In this document: in pieces, positions 24,801-34,982 of the stretch
Position numbering within the stretch: position 1 is the stretch's first letter
Layout of the letters: each line of letters opens with the position of its first letter
Source of the DNA: Pocillopora damicornis
Taxonomy: Eukaryota
Assembly: GCF_003704095.1 (NCBI RefSeq)
Contig: NW_020845073.1
Location: 744,001-808,000 of the forward strand
Reading direction: 5' to 3'
Length of the DNA stretch: 64,000 nucleotides
Position numbers and translations under genes: made by a program
Notes under the pieces: model-generated
The model's input: only the letters and a program-made list of their open reading frames with translations
Databases searched by the model: none
Told to the model about the DNA's origin: nothing

Positions 24801-27800
24801 AAAAGATACAAAGAAAAGAAGAGAAGGCGTGCTCGAAAATTCAAGCTCGTCAAGACTCGAACGGGGCAGAAAAGAGGGCATGCAGGAAGGATTCTCGATG
24901 CCACAGTCTTACAAGAAAAGGAAGGACGGAGTTCAAGAAGACCTTAATGGCAGCAGTGCTAGTTTGATGCAGAAATCAGTTGACGGGTGAGTGGACAGTG
25001 TGACATTCTTCTTGGTTCTTTGCTGTTAACATCGGAGTCTAATTGGATTTAAGAGTAAGTTTGTTTACTTGGGGGCCCAGTCTTCAAAAACAAGGTACAG
25101 TTCTGCGCTCGGGAATGTAACCCAAGCTCGAGAGTAGCACAAATTTTCATATGTCTGGGCTTCAGTGATGATAAAAAATATCGGCAAAAAAGACTGTATT
25201 AAAGTTTTAATTTGACGACCTTTTTAGCATTCTACCATATTTCTCTCTCTTTTGATAATCTTGAGGGTATATCGAACACGTTTTACAGCCTCAAAGAACT
25301 TTTTCTTCGCCCCACGTACGCGACAACGGACCTCTCTTTGTCATTTTTTGTGTGTTGTATGGACTGCCGTTGATATTTTTGGTGGTTTTTTTTTTCCTCT
25401 GAAGAGTATTTTCTGATGGTGACTGTGGATCAAAGGAAGACCCGTGTATAAACTACATAAGGAACGCCTCTCGAAGAGGACAGCTGAGCGACCAAACTTT
25501 TGCCGCGGGTTTTTTGCGAATCAGCGACAATGATACAATGCCTTCGCCTGTGCGATTGTTTCACTGGGACACTTACAGCATGTACGGAGCGGGGCAAGAG
25601 CACGAATTTCCTGTCTACTTGTTGGACGTTAATGGTTTTTCCGTCAACGTTTTCGTACAGATAGAAACAACAGCACCACTCCCTTCCAAGCGGAGATCAA
25701 AGAAGAGATCATCGAAGAAAGCCAGTGAAAGACGCCTCTCTAAACAAGCTTCAGTCTCTGATAGGTAGGTATCGCCTGTCACGTGATCAGCACGTGATTC
25801 AATCAGCAAGAACGTACGTTAAGTTGCAATTGCGGCGATTACTTACAGCTTTTGTCTTGACGTCGACGTAATTCTAAGGTAGAGTTGCGTACAATATGGA
25901 AGGATAGGACATGAACGCCATCTTCATATCAAAATATCAACAGCTCATAAAGTATCTGTATTTAAAAATCCAGATTTTACAGAAGGGTGGGAAAAGGAAA
26001 GTAAAATGCTTCATTCTTTAAATTCGCTCCCAAATTTAAGTTTTCGTTTTTTGCCTCCCAATTGCAAAATATTTTCATACAAGCTGTCGCCATCAGGCTT
26101 AATCCATTAATAAGCGCTGAATATTGTTTTCCAGTATTTCTGGTAACACCCGTGGACCTGCTGGTCTGGACTCCTCAATGGGATCAAGCTCATCGGAACT
26201 GGACACCACGTTGGGAGAGGTAAGAATGGCTTCTACGGTTCGAAAGAGTAAAAATTGTGTCGATGAAAAGTTCCTGAAGTATGTGGTTCATCTGCATTCA
26301 CAGAAAGCAGTAAAAGGTAAAAACATCTCACCAGGTGGAGGAAAAAATCTCCCACCCTTTGACCCTAAGGATGACTGCTGTCTAATTTCTCCTTACAATT
26401 TTATCCTTGAATCGATTACTAAGGTCATGTGAATAAAGGAAATGATCACCGACTAAAGAAGCTCTTGATTGTTGAACAAATTTTCCTTGTCAGGACCTAA
26501 GTAAATATATAGAAAACAGTATGGGTAATATACATTCTAATGTGAGGATGTAAAGGGTCATGAGTGTGTTTGGAGCGAGTAACAGCTCGAACACACATAT
26601 TCACCTGAGTGCGAAAAAAAGGAGGCTTACCAGGTTGTGATTGTTTTAGTTTTTGAGAAGATAGTGCGAGATTTGTACACCAATCACGAAGTATACCAAA
26701 AAAAAAAAAACAAAAAAAAATCGCAATCCCTCATTGCTCTCGTCACTTTCAGTTAAGAATAAGAAGCTGTTATTAATTATCATATGAAGTCATCAGCGTT
26801 GTGAGTAAGAGAGGTTTTTGTGCATTTTGAAGAGAGAGACACTACGTGAATAGCGTTATTTTATTGACTTTGATTTAGGCCCCCACTTGGCTGAAAAATG
26901 AACTCAAAGAAGGAATCATACGCGTCGGTGAAGATCGTGATGACTCAGAGGATGAGGAAGGTGACAGCGAAGAAGCAGACAGTGAAACAGAAGAAACTGA
27001 CAATGGTGAAGTGAAAAATTTTGTATCGGCGACATTCACGGCTAAAATTCCGCATCTGCATACCATGAACGTAGAGTTAAGAACGTAATTGTGACCAATT
27101 GTGGGCTTGTAGACATATCTAGAACAGACACCTCTTTTGTATAATGTTACTTTTCTTTCTCAATCGAGGGTAAAACAAGTATGCGTGTTTATCTTAAATA
27201 TAAAGGTTAGGCGCTTACAGATGTAGAAAATGAAAAGGCCTCGGTGAAACCCATTTACTGAAACCGCTACATCGATGAACATAAAAGAGTAGCCTACGCA
27301 GATGAACTTTACATGATTGATAGATGCGCACAACGGGTCACATGAGGTATTTAATTAGAGCAGAGGAGATACATAATCAACTTCCTTTTTAAGTAATGGA
27401 TTCCCAACACAAGGTCGTAGTTAAGCAACTACTTTGTAACTCATTTTTTATTTATTTTTGTTTTTCTATCCCAAGCAGGTTTGGACAGAGAGAAATCAAA
27501 ACTGACGGTAGCATCAGCGGTGGAAAATGCATCAGACAGTGACAAGAATTCCAAGAGCGCCACAAAAAAGCTGGCAGAAAAGGTGGAACGATTTAAGCAG
27601 AGTCGAAAGTCTCACTCGGAGACAAGGATTGTTGGTGGTGTTGCTATAAACACTGTGGGTAACAACACTCCTTTGAGTGTACAGTCGAGTGCTGTGTCGG
27701 TGAAATCTGAATCAGAACTGGACAATATACAAAACAAGGTACTTCATTTATTTTTCTATCATTTTCTTCCATTCTGACTGTCGTATTCAACCTTTTTAGT

Positions 27801-30800
27801 ACTCTCTTCCTTCATTATGTCGGATTGTACCATTCCTTTGTTCCTTCCTCCCATACTCGTTCCCAATCCTCTCTCTCCCACAAAACCGTCTTTCTCCTTT
27901 CTTCCCACGCTTTCTCCACAACGAATATTACTAACGTGATCAATATTGGAGATTCTTCTTTTATGAAGATAAGCACTCCTTAGATCCTCATACAACCTCA
28001 GTGATGGTAGACACAGATGAATTGCAAGGCTTGCCGACCAATTTAAGCAGACAATTTCTAATGTTCTCCTGCAGTTTAAAATGATTCTAGGCGGCCTAAA
28101 ATATCCTAGCTCAGAGAGGCCGGGTTAAGTCGAATATGTTAATTACTCCATATTATATTCTAACCGCGATATCTGAACATTTTTGTTCCTGATGCTGATT
28201 AAATGAACGGCAGCTTCGTTTTCTCGATTAGCTCACTAGCTTCCATAAACGTCAATGTTTTGCGTTTGTGTCAACGTTAATTGATAGCTGCCTATTGTAC
28301 AATAAACGTTGGTAGTTAATTTGAGCTAGGAAAGTTTGCGTCGAGAAATGTTGTGGATGGTCACTCTCAAGAATGTTAGCTCGTTTAGGGGAATGAAAAT
28401 AATTTATCTGACCTTCAATTGTCTTCTAGGAAACTGGCTCCGAATCTACCAAGCGGACTAAACCCACCTCTAAAGAGTCATTAAACTTGTCCAAAGTGTT
28501 TCCTCGGCCCGCTAGTAGTCCAGTGACCTCAAAACACAAGCGTTCCTCATCGGATGGAATGATCATTGATGAAAAAACGAGGACAACCTCTGACTCTGGA
28601 GTAGAGTTAACACCTGTTGAAAAGTTTAACAGCTCAAGTGAAGGGTCAGGCAGCACGGCAAGTGGCTCCCGAAAAACTTCGTTAGAGTAAGTTATGGGCG
28701 CCGTTTCCTTGAATAAGGTTTCCCTTTATCCGGCGTAGCAGTCTTTTTTGTTTCGTTTTAGGCAAGAGGGAGAAGCTTGAGCTAAGTAGTTTGCCTAAAA
28801 AGAAACGAAAAAGACTTTGCGCAGGCTGACATATTAGTTTTTTTAAAGTTCCTGCCAAAGGCATGTAACGTGTCACAAGCTGGTACTATAGAAGAAGATG
28901 CTCAATAGTTGACATAGGCCTCAAAAGACTTTCGAGTCCTTTCGAAGCCAAAAAACTTCCGATGTCCCATACAAATGGTTTTCCACCTGGGTGGTGATAA
29001 GGTGGTGATCCAGGCCTCATACTAGGTTCAGGCGGTCTCACGAGTGACAAGCGTCCTGCAAACTGCCAGGGTCATCATTGTTGAGAGCGTTCTGTATGCA
29101 AGAAAGAAGAAGAGAGATGGTACATTCTGCTCTCGGTCATTGATCTTGCATCTAGATTAGTACCACACTCTACCCATTCCCGCCTGTTCTTCCGTCTTGT
29201 GAGCATGGACAAATAGAATTACCTTGGTTTTCCGTTATGAATTTCTGAACATTTTAAGCCGAGGATGCCTGTTTCCTGGTTATTAGCTCCTTCCTTCTTT
29301 AGCAAGAGAGTAACGAAATGCTTGAAACAAGGCATCGAATAAAATGCCAAAGAAGGACGTTAACGTGAGCTCTTCAGTCTTGTTTACTCATTTGTTTCTT
29401 TGTGTTTTAGCGTGCGAACTCCGAAGAAGAGCACTGGGTAAGATACTTTAGCTGATGAATATCAACATCTGTATGAAAGGAATGTAAAACTTTTAATACA
29501 TTCATCTCATTGTGTTACAAGGATAAATCGTACGTATTTTTTGAGACGCTTCTTTCTGGTGTTGGGACCAAAATTAGGTGGTTTTAGTTTTTTTAACAAC
29601 TTTTTCGGGTTTATAACATGGTACTAACTACAAAAACACATCACATAGAGACAAAAATAAATAAAGATGGGAACAAAAGTAATTCTAACCCAAAAGGGCA
29701 GGTGCGAACGGGACTAGCGTCCCATGCGAGGCACCGCCCGTTTTTGGTTGCATCAATAAATAAGCAGGAAATATAGATGGGAACGAAGGCATCTTTGTTC
29801 TATTACAACGCACCTTGCTGGTTTATTCTCTCGACAACAGCGGAAAACGTACTGGAAACAAAAGGCTTGTTAGATTTAGACTTATCGATAGATTTACTTA
29901 CTTTGACTTCATTCTCTAGTTTATCATTTCATTTTAACAGAATACGGTCGATTGATATGTATCAGTGGGTAATTATGTACACTTTTTGAGACTTTACGAC
30001 CAATTATCCCAATTGCAGTGGACTATACTATTTTAGTTTTTGTTTCAACAACTTTATTGTTTTTACGTGTTTTAGGAGCATGTCGCCCCAGGCTCCTCGC
30101 TCTCCAAGAGTCAGCGACAGGCAAACAAGCGTGAATAAATCCGTAGATCGACATCTGGAGCACAGGTGAGTTGAGTATGAGCCAATCAGTGAAATACATT
30201 TTGGTCACTCCTGTGTTTACAAGCAAAGAAATGATCCTCGCATATCAGCTTCAATTCGAGAAATTACAGAAAAGTAGTCTGAAAAAGTTCAGGGTTTGAC
30301 TAGATATTATTAACCTTGCCTCCCAGACACTAGGTGGGCGCTTCTACCAGTTGAGCTACGAAGCCACATGTCGAGAGCCAGACGATTTAAATGGGTTATT
30401 CGTTTCCGTTAATGAATCCAGTCAAAGTGAAATATCAATCTTGATGGGGCGGCTTATTCGGTCGCTTGACATGTTGTACGAATTTCGTGCAAGCCAAAAT
30501 ATTTGATACATTACCAAGCCCAGTGTTAAGTTCACCCATGACTACCATGTCATGTTATAATTACTTATTTTAAATATCATTTTCCAGGAGACCCGCCGGT
30601 AGGGCGCGTTATGGTCAGGGTCCATTCAGGAAAGGAGGGTAAGTCAGGAGTAACAGTTATCATGTCACTTTTTTTATCTATTTTCCGTCGGATTTCCCGT
30701 GGTTAATTTTTCTGACATTTTTTTAGGGGTTGATCAGGGTTTTTACTCCAGTTACTTAAATTACTCAAGCCGGAATATCTAGAGAGAAATTGTTTCGCTT

Positions 30801-33800
30801 CGCTCCATTTTTCACTTTTTATCTCAATAGTTTGCCTGGTCTGGATAACATGGTGTATCAGCCCAACAAATAATTTTTTTTGTTAATTTGGGGTGAAGTA
30901 TCTTGGGTATTTCTTGTATCATTTGCCGCCTAGTGATTCGGATGTTTGTCCTCACTTTTCCTCATCCCTTTCCGATTGTTTAAAAAAAAAAACATCAGTG
31001 GCTTTCACCGTACGTTCTTCATAATCTTTAAGGTAATTGATACATCGTGAAGTCAATTTCTATTTTCTGCTTTCGCAGTCGATCTATGATGGTCTTCTGG
31101 ATTAAGTCCTCACGTTGTTTCTCAAAATAGCCGAAATTTCTCTTCACTAAAAATTACTTCTGAAATGTAACTTACTGTCATTCAAACGTTTCAATGTAAA
31201 AAAAGCAAACAATTCTGATGAAAATTAACAAGCATTTTTTTCACTGTTGGAGTCAATATATCTTTTAAATGAATCCTATTTCAGCAATTCTTCTATTTAG
31301 GAGTGTTTTCATTTTTAAATGGGTTGAAACTTTGCATGAACCGCAAATTAACGTTCTGAGCCATCATGTGTTTTTGTGTTCAGCTTTCTGTTTTTACGCG
31401 TTTCGAGGCAACGGACAATTTTAGAACTGCATTTAGCTTTGCCTGGAAGGGTTTGTGAATTAATTACAGCAACCCAACGAAACGTTCGCGTTATCAAGCA
31501 TTGACGGGAAGTTATTCGTCGAGAAATATACCTGATAAATATCCGTATCAAGTTACTTATCAACGGATAAATGATTGAATGTTAAATCAAAATGCTACCG
31601 TTTTGAAAGACAATTTGAATTTATTCAAAGGAGAAAAGGCAGGCGGTAGCGTGTTTCTCTCTGATGTTTAGACATCAAACAGAATTACCCTTAATGGCAA
31701 GTTGAAGATTGTTTTGACGTATGAATAATTTTGTGTTTGGGGTGTTCTTTCCTTCTCTGTTCCTTCAGGTTATTGCTTTGCTATTTAGAGTTTTTGATTT
31801 TGTTTCGTTTTGCTAAACAGGGCCGGTCGTTCGACCGATGACAAGAAAATGGCAACGAGTGATACTCGATCGGCTCTCTCTCGACGGGAACAGGTATTTT
31901 TATTCTCTCGATCAATTACTTCTCGGTTCGTTTCCTTTAAAGCTGTGTTTCTACAATACGCCGCTCTTTAGCAAATCACGGAATTATAATTTGAAATGTG
32001 AACATTGGAAACGTTGCTTTGTTTACTTAGTAATAGATACAAAACCGTAAAGAAAGCTCAACTTGTGTTGAGGTCAAAGTGATTTGAACAAGGTTTTGTT
32101 TTGATATTAATTTTCTGTGAGAAATCTGCGAGCGAGAGATGCGATGAGTTTTGTCACGTGGCCTGAGTCGTAGATGAAGTGAGCGTGCTACATCAGGCGA
32201 TGTGTATTTTTAGCGTGTTTGATGGCATTTTTGAACACAACACAAATCACTTTTATTTTCTTTTAAACAAATTTCTTGACAGAAGCCAGTCTTAATTTGC
32301 AGAGCATACAGCCTTTGGATATCTTAACTGCGAAGATTTGTCTACAAGTCGTGTTTTGACATCCAGACTGGGCGAATAAAATTTACGCGATAAGTGTGCA
32401 AACCGAGCGTTCAGAGCGGCTCGAAGTGAAATGAAGGACTTTGGGAAGTCTAACTGATAGCTTTGCTGCGCGCATTTTAGAAACTTTAATTCTTCCGGGG
32501 GTTAAGTCTGAAAGAATAATCTGTGAGGTTTTTTAGACAGATAAGTGCCTTAAGTTTTCGAATTTCTTAACGCAGCTTATGCTTATTGATTTTATTGACT
32601 GACCGTCTGACTTAAGGACTGAATGACTGAGTTGTAGGCTTGCTCACTGTTTGCCAACCTAATCCCGTTCATTGACTCGTTCTGAGTGACATATTGACGG
32701 ACAGAAAGACAAACAGACGGACAGAATGAAAGACAGACAGAATAATCGACCGACTCTGTTTCTTGAAGGGAATTTTCAAATAACAATTGTTTTTTTGTTT
32801 TTTTGTTCGGCCAGGCCGTTTTGGAAGAGTTGCGCCGCGAATCTGCTGCAAAACACGCTTCTCTCCAAGAAGAAATCGATAGACTAAAACTTGAGAAGGA
32901 TGAGGTAAATGACACAACGTAAAAGAAAGATAACTCCTAATTTTAAGATTGGGTTCTAATCTTCATATCTTATCTGAACTGAGAGGTTTAATTTTTTATC
33001 CAGAACGAAAGACGATTACAAGACCTACACAGGAAAGAACTGGAAGTGGCGGAGAAAGCCTGGGGCGAGCAAGAGAAAGAGGCAAAGGTGAGTATTCAAT
33101 CTGTTCTCATAAGAATATATTTAGTTATAGTTTTCGTTGAGGCCCTTTATAGTTTTCTGAGCTTTATTGCACAGTCAACGAAGAATGACTCGAGCACTCA
33201 AGTGTGACTTGAGCCATTCAAGATAGCGAGATACGTCGCCCGACTTATGAAATTATCACGTTTTGCAGCGGTTTGCGTCGGAATCATTTTGAAACTTTAT
33301 TTTATTTAAAGTTTTACCAAGTAATTTTATTTGCTAAATTTCAGGAAAGAGAGGAGAAGTTGTCTCACGAAGTTCTTAATCTCAAAATGGAATTATCGAA
33401 GGTAAGGTCATGATTAAAAGAAGTGTGGAACGCTAATTTACATGACTATTAAATGGAATCATTTTCCCGCCATTTATGAGGAAGGTCTATTTGTTTATCT
33501 AAATTCCGGTGAATTTTCGCGGCCTTCGTTTCGTAATTGACTTTGGTGGCTGAATATATCAGCGGTTTTATCACTGAGTGTTCTGGGAGAAGGCATTGAT
33601 GCTCACCTTATCAATAATGTAGTAGATCATCGAAATTTTCTTTAATTCATCCGAAAATTTATACTTTAAATCGTGTAAATTTATATGGGAGGCTTTTTTA
33701 AGCTTCGTAGCTCTTTGAAGAAATTTGGAGACGGATCAGTTAGTTAGCTAACATAAACCCCAATCATACCAAAGCTTTAACACTTTTTAAAGCGGTTTTG

Positions 33801-34982
33801 TTTAACATAGAAGCTGCTTAAACCAATGTTTGTCTCGTTCAAATGACGTAGCTTGAAAAGGCAAATTAATGACCACCTGATACTTATGGAAAATTCAGTT
33901 TTTCAGTTCTCTATTTCTAATTTTCATTCAATTAAACCCAGTGTAACTAAACATGTTTTTCTGGTGTAAATGGGATAATAATGGTAACAGGTGCAATTAC
34001 AAAGTTAAAGAGCGCAAAATCAAAGAAAATGTGGGAAAAGAAGAAAGGGCAGCTTGGAGCACACTTAAGCCAAGCGCAAAAGACAAAGGGAATGACTGAC
34101 ATTTTTCTGCCGATAGTGGATCGGAAAGGTCCTAAAATGAAACGACAAATCATGGGACCGAAAATGCAACGTAAACAAACATTAATGTAGTGGAATAAAA
34201 AAAATTAAGGGCAGAAGGAAAAAGGTCCCAAAGGCAAAATGGTGAGATTGAAAAACTCTAAAAACAATGTCAGCAAAGATCGGCACTCTAGAAAGAGTGA
34301 GAAACTCGTTAAACAATATAAATGCAAAGAGCCCGAACGATGAAAATATAGAACGAAGGATACAGATGCGGGAGAGTTTTTTCCTGCTAGTGTAAAGTTC
34401 TCTTATGAAGCGCGTTCTTTTCCCATTTCCTGTGAATGACTTAAAACGGTGACATACGTAAACCATAGCCATTTGACGTATTTGTGTTTACTATCTTGTA
34501 GCAATTCGATAAACTTCAAGATAACTACAACGTGGTGTTGTCGCTACAGGAGCAGTTGGCTCGAATGCAGCAGGTACGTTGACCTCCCTACCCTCGACAG
34601 TGGCGTAATCAAAACTGAATCAGGAACATATTAAGTTAGGCCAGTAGTATGAAACACCTTTTTAAATCAATCTGTTGCCTCTTTTTCTCCTTTAGGAGCA
34701 GCTGAGACAGCAGGCAAAAGAGAAGGTGAGCCTCTTCAAATTTGTAAGTCATTGACCAGTTTTTCGAAGTGCGGTGACCGCCACTTGAGGATTAGAATGT
34801 AAAATTATCAGGGCCCTTTCCATTTGCACGGAAAACCTGGTCTTAATTATGGTGGTAAATCAAATTTTTGTCCGGAAATTTTCGATGTGAGCTCCCTAAT
34901 GCTTTGTTAACTTAATTTACAGCGTCAAAATTCAGCACGACAGAAACCCATGGCCAAGAGCTCTGTATGTGGAGTGATGTGA
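10927..34982 (+). CDS. NEK8/NEK9-family Ser/Thr kinase (~1448 aa, 34 exons) with N-terminal DUF4347-like domain, RCC1 repeats, coiled coil and CaaX. Exons 10927-11274, 11904-12080, 13894-13958, 14358-14467, 14796-14911, 15587-15693, 16175-16294, 16712-16847, 17023-17151, 17598-17648, 17779-17853, 19091-19167, 19796-19874, 20512-20666, 21256-21519, 22084-22200, 23004-23076, 23632-23850, 24447-24652, 25405-25764, 26135-26219, 26879-27005, 27479-27738, 28430-28686, 29411-29437, 30076-30165, 30588-30638, 31821-31893, 32815-32904, 33004-33087, 33345-33401, 34502-34573, 34696-34725, 34923-34982
   Basis: All junctions are GT-AG and sum to one uninterrupted frame (4347 nt). Kinase motifs: VGKGAYGAA, VILKEI, HPNIISYYDSF, EYADGG, HRDLKTANIFL, DFGISK, GTPYYISPE, KSDIWALGC. 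RCC1 blades: VYTWGSNCCGQLGHG, VFSWGCGEDGRLGLG, VYTFGDNQYGQLA. NEK8 versus NEK9 orthology is ambiguous, so no symbol is given. Confidence 0.92.
12240..12722 (+). mobile_element. 5'-truncated LINE (CR1/L2-clade-like) 3' remnant in NEK intron 2
   Basis: ORF 12186..12566 carries the typical post-RT C-terminal signature YSLR...LTVPRFQT...FKYHGAVLWN. It is followed by an AT-rich UTR, AATAAA and a (CAT)n tail. Confidence 0.7.
13223..13378. mobile_element. MITE with perfect ~38-bp terminal inverted repeats, TA-flanked (Tc1/mariner-like)
   Basis: ATATACAGCTATTTCAATTTACGTTGTCGGATCAAAGC (13223-13260) is the exact reverse complement of 13341-13378. Confidence 0.8.
17930..18812 (+). mobile_element. Degenerate Penelope-like retroelement fragment (C-terminal linker, GIY-YIG endonuclease, 3' terminal repeat) in NEK intron 11
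   Basis: PLISFKRDKNLGNFLVRS...GTFKCACSQCKTCPFI...SANVIYCITYTYYNKLYIGETGRQLGDRF matches the Penelope Zn-linker and GIY-YIG. The fragment is frameshifted. Its tail ends CACCACAGTTTCTTTAGAAACTTACCCCCTTTA. Confidence 0.9.
20075..20140 (-). repeat. LINE-like 3' tail (AATAAA plus (TATG)n on the minus strand)
   Basis: (CATA)n followed by AACTTTATTAAAGTGTCAAG...GTGGACACT, a short stem-loop. Confidence 0.45.
20900..21105 (+). mobile_element. Degenerate tRNA-derived SINE-like repeat; related fragments at ~39675-39835
   Basis: A-box-like GTGGCTCAGTG and B-box-like GAGTTTTGATTCTTC, followed by CGCTCGTGACAAGAC...ATCTTTCT, which is shared with the 39.7-kb copy. Confidence 0.55.
21527..21663. mobile_element. 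Hairpin MITE (~55-bp inverted arms); truncated copy at 20152-20190
   Basis: ATATCAGTATCTGGGCAACTGCCCACCTACCCCTCC pairs with GGGAGGGGTAGGTGGGCGGTTGCCAAGATACTGATAT. Confidence 0.8.
22788..22941. mobile_element. MITE with CAGGGCTCGAA...TTCGAGCCCTG termini and 5-bp flanking duplication AGTAG
   Basis: 11-bp perfect TIR. AGTAG at 22783-22787 and 22942-22946. Confidence 0.8.
24219..24228. other. Assembly gap (10 N) in NEK intron 18
   Basis: Run of N. Confidence 1.
24730..25230 (-). mobile_element. Highly degenerate LINE remnant
   Basis: (TTTA)n-like tail on the left followed by a purine-skewed segment with weak RT C-terminal-like fragments on the minus strand. No open frame. Confidence 0.35.
32590..32760 (+). 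repeat. Degenerate (GACT/GACA)n tetranucleotide tract; a similar tract lies on the opposite strand at ~60995-61170
   Basis: GACGGACAGAAAGACAAACAGACGGACAGAATGAAAGACAGACAG. Confidence 0.6.

Noticed and set aside
33950-34400. Lys-rich ORF 33981..34190 as an extra NEK exon
   Set aside because: No good splice sites, and flanking exons 33401 and 34502 join in frame. The purine skew suggests a decayed antisense LINE fragment, too degenerate to call.
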